A stretch of DNA of 64,000 nucleotides, from the NCBI GenBank assembly GCA_030390025.1, contig CM059432.1, positions 47,308,001 through 47,372,000 of the forward strand, given 5' to 3'. The notes beneath the pieces were generated by a model. That model was not told the origin of the DNA. It made no database searches and saw only the letters and a program-made list of their open reading frames with translations. The position numbers and the translations under genes were made by a program. Positions 12,775 through 25,860 of this stretch are shown in pieces. Position 1 is the stretch's first letter. Every line of letters starts with the position of its first letter. The DNA comes from Squalus acanthias. Taxonomy: Eukaryota.

Positions 12775-13135
12775 CTCTGTCAGTGTGATCGGTTTCTACC
12801 TGTCAGAAATCAAGAATGCTCCATTGTTGGAGGTAGTGTCTTCAGATGAGATATTAAACCGACGTCCCATTGGCCTGTGTAGGTAGATGTAAAAGATCCC
12901 TGGGCACAATTTGAAAAGGAGCAGTGGTTCTCTCGGTATCCTGGCCAATAGTCATTCCTCATCCAACACCAACGGATTAGCTAGTCATTCATGTAATTTG
13001 CTGTACATGGGATCTTGCTGTATGGCTGCCACATTTGCCTACATAACAACAATGATTACACTTCAAAAATAATTTGTTGGCTCGGAAGTGATTTGGGACA
13101 TTGATGAATGTGAAAAGACACTACATAAAGTTCTT
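12775..13135 (+). mobile_element. Degraded Deu-domain SINE
   Basis: ttcagatgagatattaaaccga...gtaaaagatccc core, homologous to 17821-18265. Confidence 0.65.
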
Positions 13136-13829
13136 CCTTCTCTACGGTGGACGTCCCATATTATTTACAGTACAACCTTAGCAGTAAAAGCATACTCCAT
13201 TAGCCCCGAGGCATACTGCATCATATTCAGCACACACATTAGATTTATATGAGCTACCTTTCACGGTGAGCACAAGAGTTGAGTTTGTTGGTTTTTAAAC
13301 AGTATATATTTCCATGGCTCAATGTCAATAGCCTTGTGTCCCCTACAAACCAGAGTGTGTTGTTGCATACCCAATATCTAGGTAAATATAGTAAGACCCA
13401 GGGGTCAAACAAAGAACTCATCACTGACTCATCACTGTACTCCATTTACTGATCTTCAGGGAGGTGGCAGAATATACACTCATTCAAAACACTGAACAAA
13501 TGTTTGAATATTAAACCAGAAAATGAACAGTACTCAGCAGAAACTGTATTATAATTGTGAACCTTACAATTCTCCGAAATGTCAAAAACAACACATATGC
13601 TTCTCCTGCATTAATCCTCAAAATTAAACTGAAACTTGAAGCAAGAGCACTTACTTCTTACGTGGCAATTCGTACCACGGAACTTTCCAACTGGATCAAT
13701 CGCAGTTTGCTTCAGACTGACTGCTGTTTTCTTACAATGCCATGCAAGGAGTGGCACCAAGTTCCTTTGAAGAAATCCAGAACAAAGGGGCATTAAAAAC
13801 TGCATCTCTCAACTAGATTAAGTGGTGAT

Positions 13830-15530
13830 GGGGCCCCCATCACCAAATCAGACCTTGGTCTCTCTCTCCCCCCTACTCCTTTAGAACCTTCTACTCCTTT
13901 AAGCACTTCACCTTCTCAGCTCTCCTTTAAAATCCTTATTGTCTACTAATCCTCCAAACCTAATCACAAGATTCTCCCCAATATATCCTCACTTAGCCTC
14001 TAAACTGACCAACCCCACATCCTTGGTTATTTCAATCTCCATCTTAGCTTCCCTTGCCCTCTCTCCTCTTCATTCCCCTCCTGTGCTCTCTAAATCTCTT
14101 CCTCTATGTAAACTCTTCTATCGATATTCATGGCCACCTTCCTGATTTACCATATCCCGAGATCTTTCTATTCCCATGGTCTTGATCACTGACTGGGCCA
14201 TCTCCGACAACTTTCTTGTATCCCTCATCACCCACATTCCCCTACCCCACTTCCTTCTGCATCCGAGTTTGGAAAATCCCCAATGTCGCTTACAACTGCA
14301 CTTTCAAACTTCCAACTGCCTGGCCTTTCATTTACTACAATACTTCTGCAGCTGTCAATTTTCTCAACCAATCCCTCACCTCCACCTTTGATGCCCTTGT
14401 AACCAAATTATTTACTGTCTCCCATCCAGATCATTCCTCCTGGTATGGCCCTCATCTTCGCTCCCTCAAGTCCAAGGGAGCAGACTTCAGCGTATCTGAC
14501 ACAATTCGTTAAGCCATCCATCAGTAGATCTGGCTGGACCACATCAAGTGCTATTAGACCTCACTGTCGTCTGCCAAAGCCACTCACTAATCCAGGATCA
14601 TTCTGGAGGACAAAGATAACTCCCAGCTTCTTTTCTCCAGTACCAACTGTCTCCTTAAACCCCTCTCCTCTGTCCCTTCCACTCTCACCTCCAACAAGTG
14701 CGAGGAGCTCAGACTTGTGTCACTAAAGTTAAGACCACCTATTCAGCTGCCTCTGCAGCTCCCCTTTCCCACCATGCTGAATCACCTGAAGGCTTCCCCC
14801 TGCCCTAGCCCTGAATCCACATCTCTCTACTTTGTCTCCTATCTCCCCTCTGAGCTCATCTTGTCCATAGGACCATCATCTGCTCCTTTGACCTCATTCC
14901 CACTAAACTGCTAAATATTCCAACTTCCCTTCCTGGCCCCAATGCTAGCTGACATTGTAAATTGCTTCCTCTCCTCAGGTACGGTCTCTCCTTCCAAAAC
15001 CATAATCATCAGCCCCGCCTCAAAACAACCACCTCATTTCCAATCTCCCTTTCCACTCCAAGGTCCTTGAATGTGTTGTTGCCTCCCAAATCATTGCATA
15101 TCTTTCCTGTAACTTCCTGTTTGAATCTCTCCAATCAGACCTCTGCCCCTGCTACAGCACCAAACAGCCCTATTTAAAGTCACAAATGGCATCCTCAGCG
15201 ATTGTGACTGTGGTGCATTATTCCTTCTTGACCTCTCATCAGCCTCTGACAAGGTCAACTACAACATCCTCCTCCAATGCCTCCCCTTCAGTGTCCAGCT
15301 CAGTGGGACTTCTCTCGCTTGGTTCCATTCTTGCTTATCCAATCATACCCAGAGCATCTCCAGTAATGACTTCTTTTCTGACCCCCACACCATTACCTCT
15401 AGAGTCCCTCAAGGATCTATCCTTGGCCCATTCCTCTTCCTTACCTACATGCTGCCCCTTGGCAGCATCGTCTGCAAACATGGGGTCAGCTTTCACATGT
15501 ACGCTGATGACATACAGCTCTAACCCTCCA
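13830..15530 (+). mobile_element. Degraded L2-type LINE
   Basis: Colinear with 37990-40828; contains FHMYADD-coding sequence at ~15491-15511. Confidence 0.8.
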
Positions 15531-15835
15531 CCACGCCACTGGCTCTGTGCTGTCATGCACAAGATTCAAAATGACATTTTCCCACTAATACAGCTGCAAA
15601 ACATACTGTAAACAGCCCCACATAATACTTAGATTTGGATTGCATGGCTTGGCCCATTGATCTGTTACACTGACTTGACTGTTCTAATGCACTCCAACAC
15701 ACTCCTGGCTGGCCTCCCACATTCTACCCTACGTAAACTTGAGGTCATCCAAAACTCGGCTGCCCATGTCCTAACTCGCACCAAGTCCCGTTCACCCATC
15801 ACCCCTGTGCTCGCTGACCTACAATGGCTCCCCGG

Positions 15836-16547
15836 TGTAAGACGTTCCGATTGTCTGTGACAGTTTATAGAGTTCAGACTCGTGGAACAGAAACACAAAA
15901 CCCAATGAATCTGTGAAACTTCTTTTACTTAAAAATCAACAAGAGGTTACAAGTAATTACCAGAATACAAACTGTACTCAATTAATGTACTTATCACAAG
16001 CAAGCATCTAAAATCATTTACTTTAAGCTCAGGTGAGAAGCAAAACCACATACATACCATTCACCAGATGAGAGGTCAATTCAACGATGATAGACGTATG
16101 ACTAACTTTAACTGGCAACTGACCAGGTCGCCATCGACTATAGCCCCGACTGCAGCCCGGAATATTTTGAAACAGTACCTTTAATACCCCAAAATCTGGC
16201 AACCCTCCCGTTGCGTAAGTGCCCCTAACTATACGGCATAATGGTCGGCAGTTGTTTCCCAGACCCTCTTATCACTAGTCCGTTAGGCAATTGTGGGCCT
16301 TTAAGGCTAGGTACGTTCCATAGTCTGAAGATGTTTCTGTCATTGCACTGATTTCACAGTCAATAGTCTGTTCCCACAGAACTTCAATAAGCTTGTTTTC
16401 CAGATTTGTTGAAAGACAATTGGCAGCTTTTACAGCTTACAAGTCAAACAGTTTATTTTGCAAAGTTCTCACAGCAACCAGTCTTTGTCCTCGTGAAGCA
16501 TGATGGTAAAATTTGGTCAACTTTTACAGCAAATAGTGTGCTCTACA
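15836..16547 (-). mobile_element. Possible solo LTR inserted in an L2 3' fragment (15690-15835 and 16556-16640)
   Basis: TG...CA ends (TGTAAGA / TCTACA) that interrupt the L2 sequence. No clean TSD. Confidence 0.45.
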
Positions 16548-17820
16548 GATAGTGTAAGCAATGCCTCGATTTCAAAATTCTCATCTAGTTTTCAAATCCC
16601 TCCATGGCCTCGCCCTTGCCTATCTCTAATCTCCTTCAGCCCCACTGGAAGATTGTGGCCAGTACCTCCGCAATTTCCACCTTTACTTCCCTCAGCATCC
16701 TAGGATACATCCCATCCGATCCTGGTGACTTATCTACTTTAAGTACAGCCTAGTACTCCTCTTTATCAATTTTTATCCCATCCAGTATCTCAACTACCTT
16801 CTCTTTCACTATGATTTTGACAGTATCTTCTTCCTTGGTAAAGACAGATGCAAAGTACTCATTTAGTACCTCAGCCATGCCCTCTGCCTCCATGCGGGTC
16901 CCTAATCGGCCCCACCCGTAATTTGTGGTCTAGCCATGAAAGCTGTTGGATTGTCATAAAAACCCAACTAGTTCACTGAAATCCTTCAGGAAGCTGCCAT
17001 CCCTACCTGGACTCGGGCTACTTGTAACTCCAGTCTCACACTATATGGCTGATTCTCAATCCCTTCAGGACACCAAAGGATGGGCAATAAGTGCCACCTT
17101 TTGAAGGTTGCCCACATCCCAAGAATGAATTTAAAAATTCAGTATATATTCCATCATAGATAAAAATGCTTCCTATCTGTCACAAGTAATGTTAGGTGAT
17201 GGCCCAAATCATAACTGTTGTATGTGTAATGGTATCTTTAAAAGAGTGAGATGTACATAGATATTTTGCCAGTGACCCTTAGTTACCTTCACCCTCCATA
17301 CAAGACTACACTGAACCAGTTCCAACTCGTTAGAGTCACCTATTGTGTATATCAGAGCTTTTTTTAAACAATAAACTGGATCCATCAGATTTTAACATAC
17401 TTCAAATCAGTCACTGGAACTTGTTAAAGGCTGTGAGGACTAGTATTGTTCACTCCAAGGATAATAGTTAGCGCCTAATTTGTGTAGCCAAACATGACTG
17501 AGTAACCAGCATTTCTTTCCTTCATCTACTGCAAACAGTTAAAATAAGCTTTTGATTAATTAATAAATTATAAAACATTATGATATTGCATTTTGCTTAA
17601 CTAACCACTGGTTGTACCAGCAACACACTAACATTGTAGCTGTACTTTTACCTATGGCTCTTATACTCAGAATGCTTTCCTCTTTACACAAATGGAACTT
17701 CTGTTTTGTTTACAACACAATCTATGTTACAATAGGATGATGCAAATTTACACAACAGGTGCTCCGATAACATTAGTATATCTCAATCATCACATTCCAG
17801 TGACACAAAATGTATCACAT

Positions 17821-18265
17821 GAAAGAAAGACTTGCATTTATATAGCGCCTTTCACGACCACCGGACATCTCAAAGTGCTTTACAGCCAATGAAGTACTTT
17901 TTTTTTGAAGTGGAGTTGTAATGTGGGAAATGCAGCAGCCAATTTGCGCACAGCAAGGTCCCACAAACAGCAATGTGATAATGACCAGATAATCTGTTTT
18001 AGTGATGTTGGTTGAGGGATAAGTATTGGCCAGGACACCAGGGAGAACTCCCCTGCTCTTCTTCGAAATAGTGCCATGGGATCTTTTACGTCCACCTGAG
18101 AGAGCAGACGGGGCCTCGGTTTTAACGTCTCATCAGTGCAGCACTCCCTCAGCACTGCACTGGAGTGTCAGCCTAGCTTTATGTGCTCAAGTCCCTGGAC
18201 TGGGACTTGAACCGACAACCTTCTGACTCAGAGGCGAGTGTGCTACCAACTGAGCCACAGCTGAC
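17821..18265 (-). mobile_element. tRNA-headed Deu-domain SINE (SacSINE1-like)
   Basis: tRNA A/B-box head (gtggctcagttggtagc...ggttcaagtccc), Deu core, and L2-like tail ending in a TCTT repeat. Confidence 0.85.
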
Positions 18266-19099
18266 ATGGTGTGATATCAATATCTGAACTAATTCTCCAT
18301 CTCAGATTACTACAAACTTGCTACACCACTTGAACAGAACTAAAACAGCATGGGAGCTGTTTCTTTCTCTATAGTTATTGAGGAAAACTATTCCAATTTT
18401 TTGATTTCTAGATGAAGGCACACACCAGCTCAATGAATTACTCTTACTACCAAATGAGTGAATACTTCTTTCCTCGCCAAGGGTATTTTCCCTGATCGTA
18501 TTCAGTTTTCTAAGGAAAAGAAAAGAGAAGCAGCTCACATGACACAGATTATACTATGCCTTGGTGCTTATAATTAGAATCTGCATTAAAACTAAAAATA
18601 GTCAACTCTGCTAGTTGAATAAGAAAAATATTAATTGGATACAGTAATAATAGTTGGACTTAAGGGAGGAGGGGAGGGGAAGTAGAAATGAACACAGGTG
18701 GCACACCATTAGGTTTAATCTGAGCAAGCAATCAGGGAGATGGATGGAATCAGGAGTTATGAAGCAATGCTTGGAAGCCAAATAGGATGGCTCTGGTCTT
18801 GCCAACGTTAAACTGAGAAAGTTCTGGCTCATCTAAAACTTGATAGCAGACAATTAGTTAGACAGTACAGTAACAGTCGTGTAGTTGGTGGTAGAGAAGT
18901 AAATCATAAAGGATGTAAAGTTGGATGTCACAGATATAAATAACAACCTGCAGTTTATTGCACCATATTATGTCCCCAGGGTATCCCAAAGCACTTTACA
19001 GCCAATGGATTACTTTTGAAGTGCTGTCACTATTAGGTTATTAGAAACCGAAAAATCAAAATAGTTTTAGTTTTCCTGAGCTGAGCTTTCGACCCCATA

Positions 19100-19728
19100 T
19101 CCTCTCCATCACCAAGACCATCTACTTTCACCCCCGTAACATCACCCAACCCCACCCCTGGCTCACCCCAACTGCTGCGGAATCCCTCATACATGCTTTT
19201 GTTACTCCAGACTCGACTATTTCAATGCTCTCCTGACTGGCCTCCCGCCTTCCACCCTCAGTAAATTTCAGCTCATCCAAAACTCTAACTTGCACCAAGT
19301 ACCATTCACCCATCACCTCTGTGCTCGCTAACCTACATTGGCTCCCAGACTAGCAATACATCGAATTTAAAATTCTCATTCTTGTGTTCAAATTCCTCCA
19401 TGGCTTTTCCCCTCCCTATCTCTGTAACCTCCTACAACCCTCTGAGAACTCCGCGTTCATCCAATTCTGGCCTCCCTGATTGCCTTTGCCCTACCATTGG
19501 CGCGTGCCTTCAGCTGTCTAGGCCCTAAACTCCGAAATTCCGTCTTTAAACCTCTCCACCTTTCTCTCCTCCTTTAGGGTGCTCCTTAAATATACTTCTG
19601 ACCAAGCTTTTGGTTACCTAGCCTAATATGTGGCTCAGTGTCAAAGTTTCTCTGATAACGCTCCTATGAAGTGTCTTGGGATGTTTTACTACGTTTAAAG
19701 GTGCTATACAAATGCAAGTTGTTGTTGT
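19100..19728 (+). mobile_element. L2 3' fragment inserted in a SINE remnant
   Basis: Homologous to 40160-40828; (GTT)n tail. Confidence 0.8.
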
Positions 19729-20609
19729 AGGTAGACAAACAGGGCAGCCAATCTACACACAGCAAAGTCCCACAGATAGAAAATGAATGAATGATTGGAT
19801 AACCTGTTTATGGTTCTATATGGTAAAGGAAGAACACCAGGAGAACTGCTTTTTTCTGAAAAGTGCCACGGGATCTTTCACTTCCACCTGAGCAGGCACA
19901 TGGGATCTGTATTAAATTGTCAACCTAGAATATGTGCTTACGTTCATTGTGTGACATGTGTACATATGAAAGTCCCAAACACCAAGGGGTAACATGTCAA
20001 CTAGCAATAGGAAAGGGCCAAGGATTGAAGCATGTCAGATGACTGGAGAAGCCTCTACAGATATGACAACCAGGTAGGGACAGGTAAAAGTGGAACCATG
20101 AGAGGGCAAGTCCACAGATGTTCACTAGAGAGGAGAGGTGGGAGTACAGAGTATACGTCGTATCAAAGGGCAGAGAGGTTAAGAATAAGGAAGGATAACA
20201 TGCCGAGGTTGCAATCACAAAGGTGACTTTGTACAGAAAAATCTCTGTTGTGGTGGGGTTGGCAGGAAGAGAACAGAAACTAGACGACTGCAATTCAAAA
20301 GGGAGTGGTAGGAAAGGGGAATAGTAGAAAATGGATGCACAGAGCTAGGTGGTAATGACAAGTCGAGGACCCAAGAGAAAAGTGAGTTGGCAGGGTGGCG
20401 GGGGGGGTTGTTAATTGAAGAGAACAGAGGGATCACAGAGTTGGACTATTTAAAGTAGGGGATGATAGTAGTTTTGAATGATCGCAAATTCAAAAGGAAG
20501 AGTTTACAATATCAGCAAGCACTGGGCCCAGGAGAACTAATGGAGTGGTCAGGAGATGACAGAAAAGTGTTGTGGGGTTGGGGCAGGAAAGGTAGTGGGA
20601 GACTGTGGG

Positions 20610-21605
20610 TATATACTCCAATTGGCAGGATGTGACTAGTGTTGCCCCCCCCCAGGGATCTGTACTGGGGCCTCAGCTTTTTACTATAATTATAAATGAC
20701 TTAGATGAAGGAATAGAGAGCCATATATCCAAGTTTGCTAATGACACCAAGTTAGTTGGCACAGTTGTGTAGATGGGAGCAGAAAGTTGCAGATTAAGTG
20801 AGTGGGAAAAACTGTGACAGATGGAGTTCAATGTGGGGAAGTGTGAGGTCATCCACTTTGGACCTAAGAAAGATAGATCAGAGTATTTTCTAAATGTGAG
20901 AAGCTAGGAACTGTGGAGCAGCAGAAAGATTTAGGGGTCCAAGTACAGAAATCACTAAAAGCTAGTGGACAGGTACAAAAAATAATTTAAAAGGTTAATG
21001 GAAAGTTGGTCTTTATCTCAAAGGTGCTGGATTATAAAGGGGTGGAAGTAATGTTACAGTTATATAAAGCTCTGGTTAATCCCCATTTAGAGTACTGCTT
21101 TCAGTTCTGGGCACCGCACCTCATTGGCCTTTGATAGGGTGTAGTGCAGGTTCACCAGAATGTTACCAGGACTAAAGGGGTTGCTAGACTAGGCTTGTAT
21201 TCCCTTGAGTATAGAAGATTAAGGTGTGAACTAAATGAGGTGTTTAAAAATGATTAAAGGAATTGTTAGTGTAGATAAAAAGAAACTATTTCCTCTGGTG
21301 GGGGCAGTCCAGAACAATGGGGCATAACCTTAACATTAGAGCTAGGCCATTCAGGGATAATGTCAGAAAGCATTTCTTCACACAAAGGGTAGTGGAAATC
21401 TGGAACTCCCTCACCCAAAAGCTGTTGAGGCTAGGTCAATTGAAAATTTCAAAACTGAGATTGATACATTTTTGTTAGACAAGGGTATTAAGGGTTACAC
21501 AACCAAGGCAGGTCATTGGAGTTAAGATACAGATCAGCCATGATCTAATTGAATGGCGAAACAAGCACAAGGGGCTGAATAGCCTACTCCTGTTCCCATG
21601 TTTCT
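20610..21605 (+). mobile_element. CR1 3' fragment
   Basis: [16 protein letters not shown] region through to the CR1 3' tail. Confidence 0.85.
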
Positions 21606-22345
21606 ATCCCACTTGGCTACTATAAATTGGCTATGGCAGCCAAGGAGGATAACCTCAATTTAGTGGCAGAAAAAGAGCTCTTCATAGTCATTTCACTTGT
21701 GAATAAGAATCAATAACTCTGGGTGTTCCCCTCACACATTTACTTGAACATAAAGAATTTAGGCCAAAAAAGCCTATCCATACCTAGCTGCCATCTCATC
21801 ATATCCCCCAACTCTTTCTTCAAAAATGAATCCAACAGTAATTATTTTTGCTGAGTGTTGAGATATTTATAAAAGGTTTGAATGAGTGGACAGAAACAAT
21901 GAATCACATTGGCCCCACTCTATACCATCTATTTATCAAACATGATTTAGAGGATATAGCTAATCCATACTAAATCCAAATATCCATGGTACAGATATGA
22001 GTAGAAGAAATAAAAACATTAGAATAAAGAAAACATCTTACTATCATGCGCTTTTTTCAAACAAAATAATTCCCTTAAGCTAGGCCTATTCCTCTTAGAA
22101 GTACTGCAGCGCATAATGGAAATGGACATCTTCCCTAAAGTATTAAGAACCCCAGTTAATTCATGGGAAGGCTTAAAATGGAGTGTGTTTCCTACAGACC
22201 AATCTCATTAAATTGCAACACAATAATTCAAACTAAAATTCTAGCACTCTGGCTAACATTTGATCCTAAAGCAGAACCACTGGATTTACTTGTGGGAAGC
22301 ACTCAAAGGCAGACACTTTTGAATATTGAAAACAAAGTTAGGAGG

Positions 22346-22436
22346 AAAGATCTTCGACCTGAAATATCAACTGACTTATTTCTGTTTCCAGCTCTGTTTT
22401 TGTTTTCAGATTTCCAGCATCTGCAGTATTTTGCTT
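22346..22436 (+). mobile_element. Decayed Penelope 3'-terminal fragment
   Basis: tcgacctgaaa...ttcagatttccagcatctgcagtattttgctt matches 59584-59697; the CTGANGA box is lost. Confidence 0.7.
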
Positions 22437-22514
22437 ACCCATGTGTCAGGTAGCAAGCAAAAACCAGCCTCCGTGCACTCATTAGATATAGCCAAAGCAA
22501 GTCCCAGGGTTCTC

Positions 22515-23760
22515 GGAACATAGGAACAGGAGTAGGTCATTTAACCCCTCAAGCCATTCAATTTGATCATGGCTGATCTGTAACTTAACTCCATATACCT
22601 GCCTTTGCCCCATATCCCATAATACCTATGGGCAACAAAAATCTATCAATCTCAGAATTAAAATTTACAATTGACCTAGCATCAATTGCCATTTGCGGAA
22701 GAGAGTTCCAAACTTCTACCACTATTTGCATGTAGAAGTGTTTCCTAACTTCACTCGTGAAAGGCCTGGCTCCACTTTTTAGGCTATGTCCCCTAGTCCT
22801 AGACTCCCCAACCAGTGGAAATAGTTTCCCTCTATTTACCCTATCAGTTCCCTTAATATCTTGAAAGCTTTGATCAAATCATCCCTTAACCTTCTAAATT
22901 CCAGGTAATACAACCAACCTTCTCTCTAAGCTGCGCAGCGCTCTGCCGGTCTCGCGCAGCCTAGAACCGGCTTTTTCACTCTTAAATTTCGTGCAACTGT
23001 GAATGGGCCGTGCACCAAAAAATAATTAGGGTGAACATTGAATACAACCCTAGTTTGTGTAATCTCTCTTCGTAATTGAACCATTGGAGTCCAGGAATCA
23101 TTCTTGTAAATCTACACTGCACTCCCTCCAATGCCAATATATTCTTCCTCAGGTGTGGTGCCCAGAACTGAACACAGTACCAGCTGTGGTCTAAGCAGGG
23201 CTTTGTATAGCTGTGCATTACTTCTACCCCCTTGTATTCCAGTCCTCTAGATATAAAACCCAGCATTTTATTAGCCTTTTTGATTATTTTCTGTACCTGT
23301 CCATGATATTTTAATGATCCAAGTACATGGGCCCCTAAATCTCTTTGGACTTCCACAGTTTCTAGCTTTACACCATTTAGGAAGTAAGCTAATCTATCCT
23401 TTTTAGGTCCAAAGCGGATGACCTCACACTTGCCAACATTGAAATCCATTTGCTACTGTTGCGCACATTCACTTAATCTATTAATATCTTTGCAATTTTA
23501 TGCTTCCATCTACACTGCTTACAATGCTGCCTATCTTTGTGTCATTGGCAAACTTGGATATGTGGCTCTCTATCCCGTCATCCAAGTCATTAGTAAATAG
23601 AGTGAATAGTTGAGTCCCCAACACAGATCCTGTGGGACACAACTAGTCACATCCTGCCAATTTGAGTACCTTCCCATTCTCCCTACTCTCTGTCTCCTGC
23701 CAGTCAGCCAATTTCCTAACCAGGTCAATAATTTCCCCTCAATTCCATGAGCTTCAACAG
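22515..23760 (-). mobile_element. CR1 3' fragment
   Basis: RT C-terminal ORF 22982-23449. Confidence 0.85.
22915..23040. mobile_element. 126-bp hAT MITE nested in CR1
   Basis: Perfect 8-bp TSD AATACAAC (22907-22914 and 23041-23048). TIRs CAACCTTCTCTCTAA / CAATGTTCACCCTAA (reverse complement). Confidence 0.85.
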
Positions 23761-24135
23761 TCTTTTAAGAGAACTCTGAAGATGGAGGTTCTAGGAACAT
23801 GGGATCAGGCCTTGGAATCTGGGAATCACTGGGAGATGGCTTCTGGGACCAAGTGGCATTAAAGAGGGAGGTCTCAAGGTCTGGAGCACTAGGAATGCAG
23901 CCTAGCCATTTGTGAACACTGGGAGGGAGTTCCAGGATCTGGAAGTGGGGAGCAAGGGTGAAGTCTAGGAAAGAGGGAGTCCTCAGGTCCAGCAGAATGA
24001 GAAGGGGGTTTTGCAGCATAGGGGTAGAGTCTAGTAGTATTGCAGGTTATTAGGATGAGGCAGTATTGAGAAAGCAAAATCTAACAACCTTTGAGGAGGG
24101 TGCCTAGGAGAATCTTCCATTGATGTATTTTAAGC

Positions 24136-25107
24136 CATGGGTTTGCAATCGGGGACCGCAACCCCCGAGGGGTCCGCGAAAAGGTTTCACGGGGTCCATC
24201 CTTCATACTGCCACTACACTCAGCATCGCCGCGGTCAATAGTGTTGCTGCATTAGAGAGCGCAAGAAACAAAGTATGTGTGGGTGAAAAACCACTTGAAC
24301 AACAGAGCAGTAGGCAGGGGCACTGGGAAAAATTTCCACAGAAACTTTATCTCCCTTCATCAAAATCATCTTGCTCCATTCACAATTCGCCATTCGTTGA
24401 CACATCCAACTCCTATCTGATGCAGCTACTGCTTCGCTCTGCGATCAGATTCTTCTGCACGCTGCAGGTAGGAATTCTTAATCTCTTGAAATTCCAGATA
24501 AGAAAGTCCAATGTGCAAGGCTCAGGAATTCCCATCCTCAAGGCTTGGCAAAGTCCGATGTTGGAGCGAAGCAGCAGTATCGGGTAGGAGCTTGGGGTAG
24601 CAGCATTAACAAACCAGGACACGAGGAGTGCCTCCATCAACTCGGAAGGGAGGGTGAAAGCATGCCTCCGTGAACTGGGAGAAGGGAAAAGATTGGCAAC
24701 ACTTTCTCTGCAGGGAATGAAAAAAAATACACAAAATTTTGCCATAATCTGCAATGTTCCAGTGACCCTGGTTGTGATTGAGTTCTGAACTCCCACAAGA
24801 ATGTGCTCCTATTATTATATAAAACTAGCTGAATTGTAACAAGTTCTTATAAACCCTGAAAATACAATATATTCTACATGCTCCTAACCTATAAACAATT
24901 TAAGACTGGGAGGTCAATTTTGAATAACATTCGAGTATGGCTGTATGGTTGAAACTCTCTGTTACCCTGGTCAAGTGGTCATTCTTCTTGGACAGTAGGT
25001 GAAGCCAAATACAAATATATTTTTTTTTTTTAGAAAACAATACTTGTCCATGGAATTTTTATAACACAGGAAGAGGCCTCAGAAGCAAAAAGGTTTGAGA
25101 ACCCCTG
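24136..25107. mobile_element. 972-bp non-autonomous hAT element
   Basis: 8-bp TSD TTTTAAGC / TTTTATGC. TIRs CATGGGTTTGCAATC / CAGGGGTTCTCAAAC (reverse complement). Confidence 0.75.
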
Positions 25108-25664
25108 TTTTATGCCATCTGACCCCACCTCCCATTTTCCTACTGGTCAACAACTTCCTGACCAATCTGCAGCCCCTTCTGTTCCCTCAGGATCTCCACC
25201 CCACCATCACTACTATCCTCACTGTCAGCTGCTCCCTGTCTTCACACTCCTGCCATAAAGAATTTTAACATAACTTTCTACTAAAATTAATGGATGGTAA
25301 ATCACAGGCTGAGGATGTGTAAATTCCTGATATGTTCTTCCTGCAGGTGGCCGTAGTGCGGGGGTTGGGGGGGGGCGGGGGTGTAATTTAGTGCATGATT
25401 AGCGAGTTTCCTGACAATCTTCAATAAATGCAAGTCTCCATAAGCAAACAAAATTTACCCCATAAATTGTATTTTATGGGTTTTTAATAGAGATGTTTTA
25501 TAAACTGAATTTTTACTGCAATATATAATAATCTATTCTCTATAAACAAACCGGTTTTCTTTTCTAACCAGAAAGTATCAAAGAAACCAGTATCGCAGCC
25601 AATGCTCTTCATAAGGTACTACTATTCACAGGTGTTAATAAATTTAAATAATTGTCAGCCTTAC

Positions 25665-25860
25665 CTAAAATAAATGGGTTGAGAATTCAAACTCCACTTT
25701 CTTTCCAAATCATTTGGAATAAGCAAAGAAACTCTCAAATCCTCCCAGTCTGAGGAGAGACACCCTTCTAACTGGAAACTCCTGTTGATGCACAGATCGC
25801 ATGCTGAGAAATTCTGTAAACTGCACATGCTTAGAGTGCACAGATGTAGTTGAAAGCTCT
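25665..25860 (-). other. Candidate non-coding 5'UTR exon of copine copy A
   Basis: Acceptor ttttactccaatag| at 25862-25861 and donor AG|GTAAGG at 25664, in non-repetitive sequence between the putative promoter and the first coding exon. No transcript evidence. Confidence 0.3.

Noticed and set aside
18190..18265. tRNA gene
   Set aside because: It is a SINE head continuous with the Deu core and L2 tail, with no complete cloverleaf.
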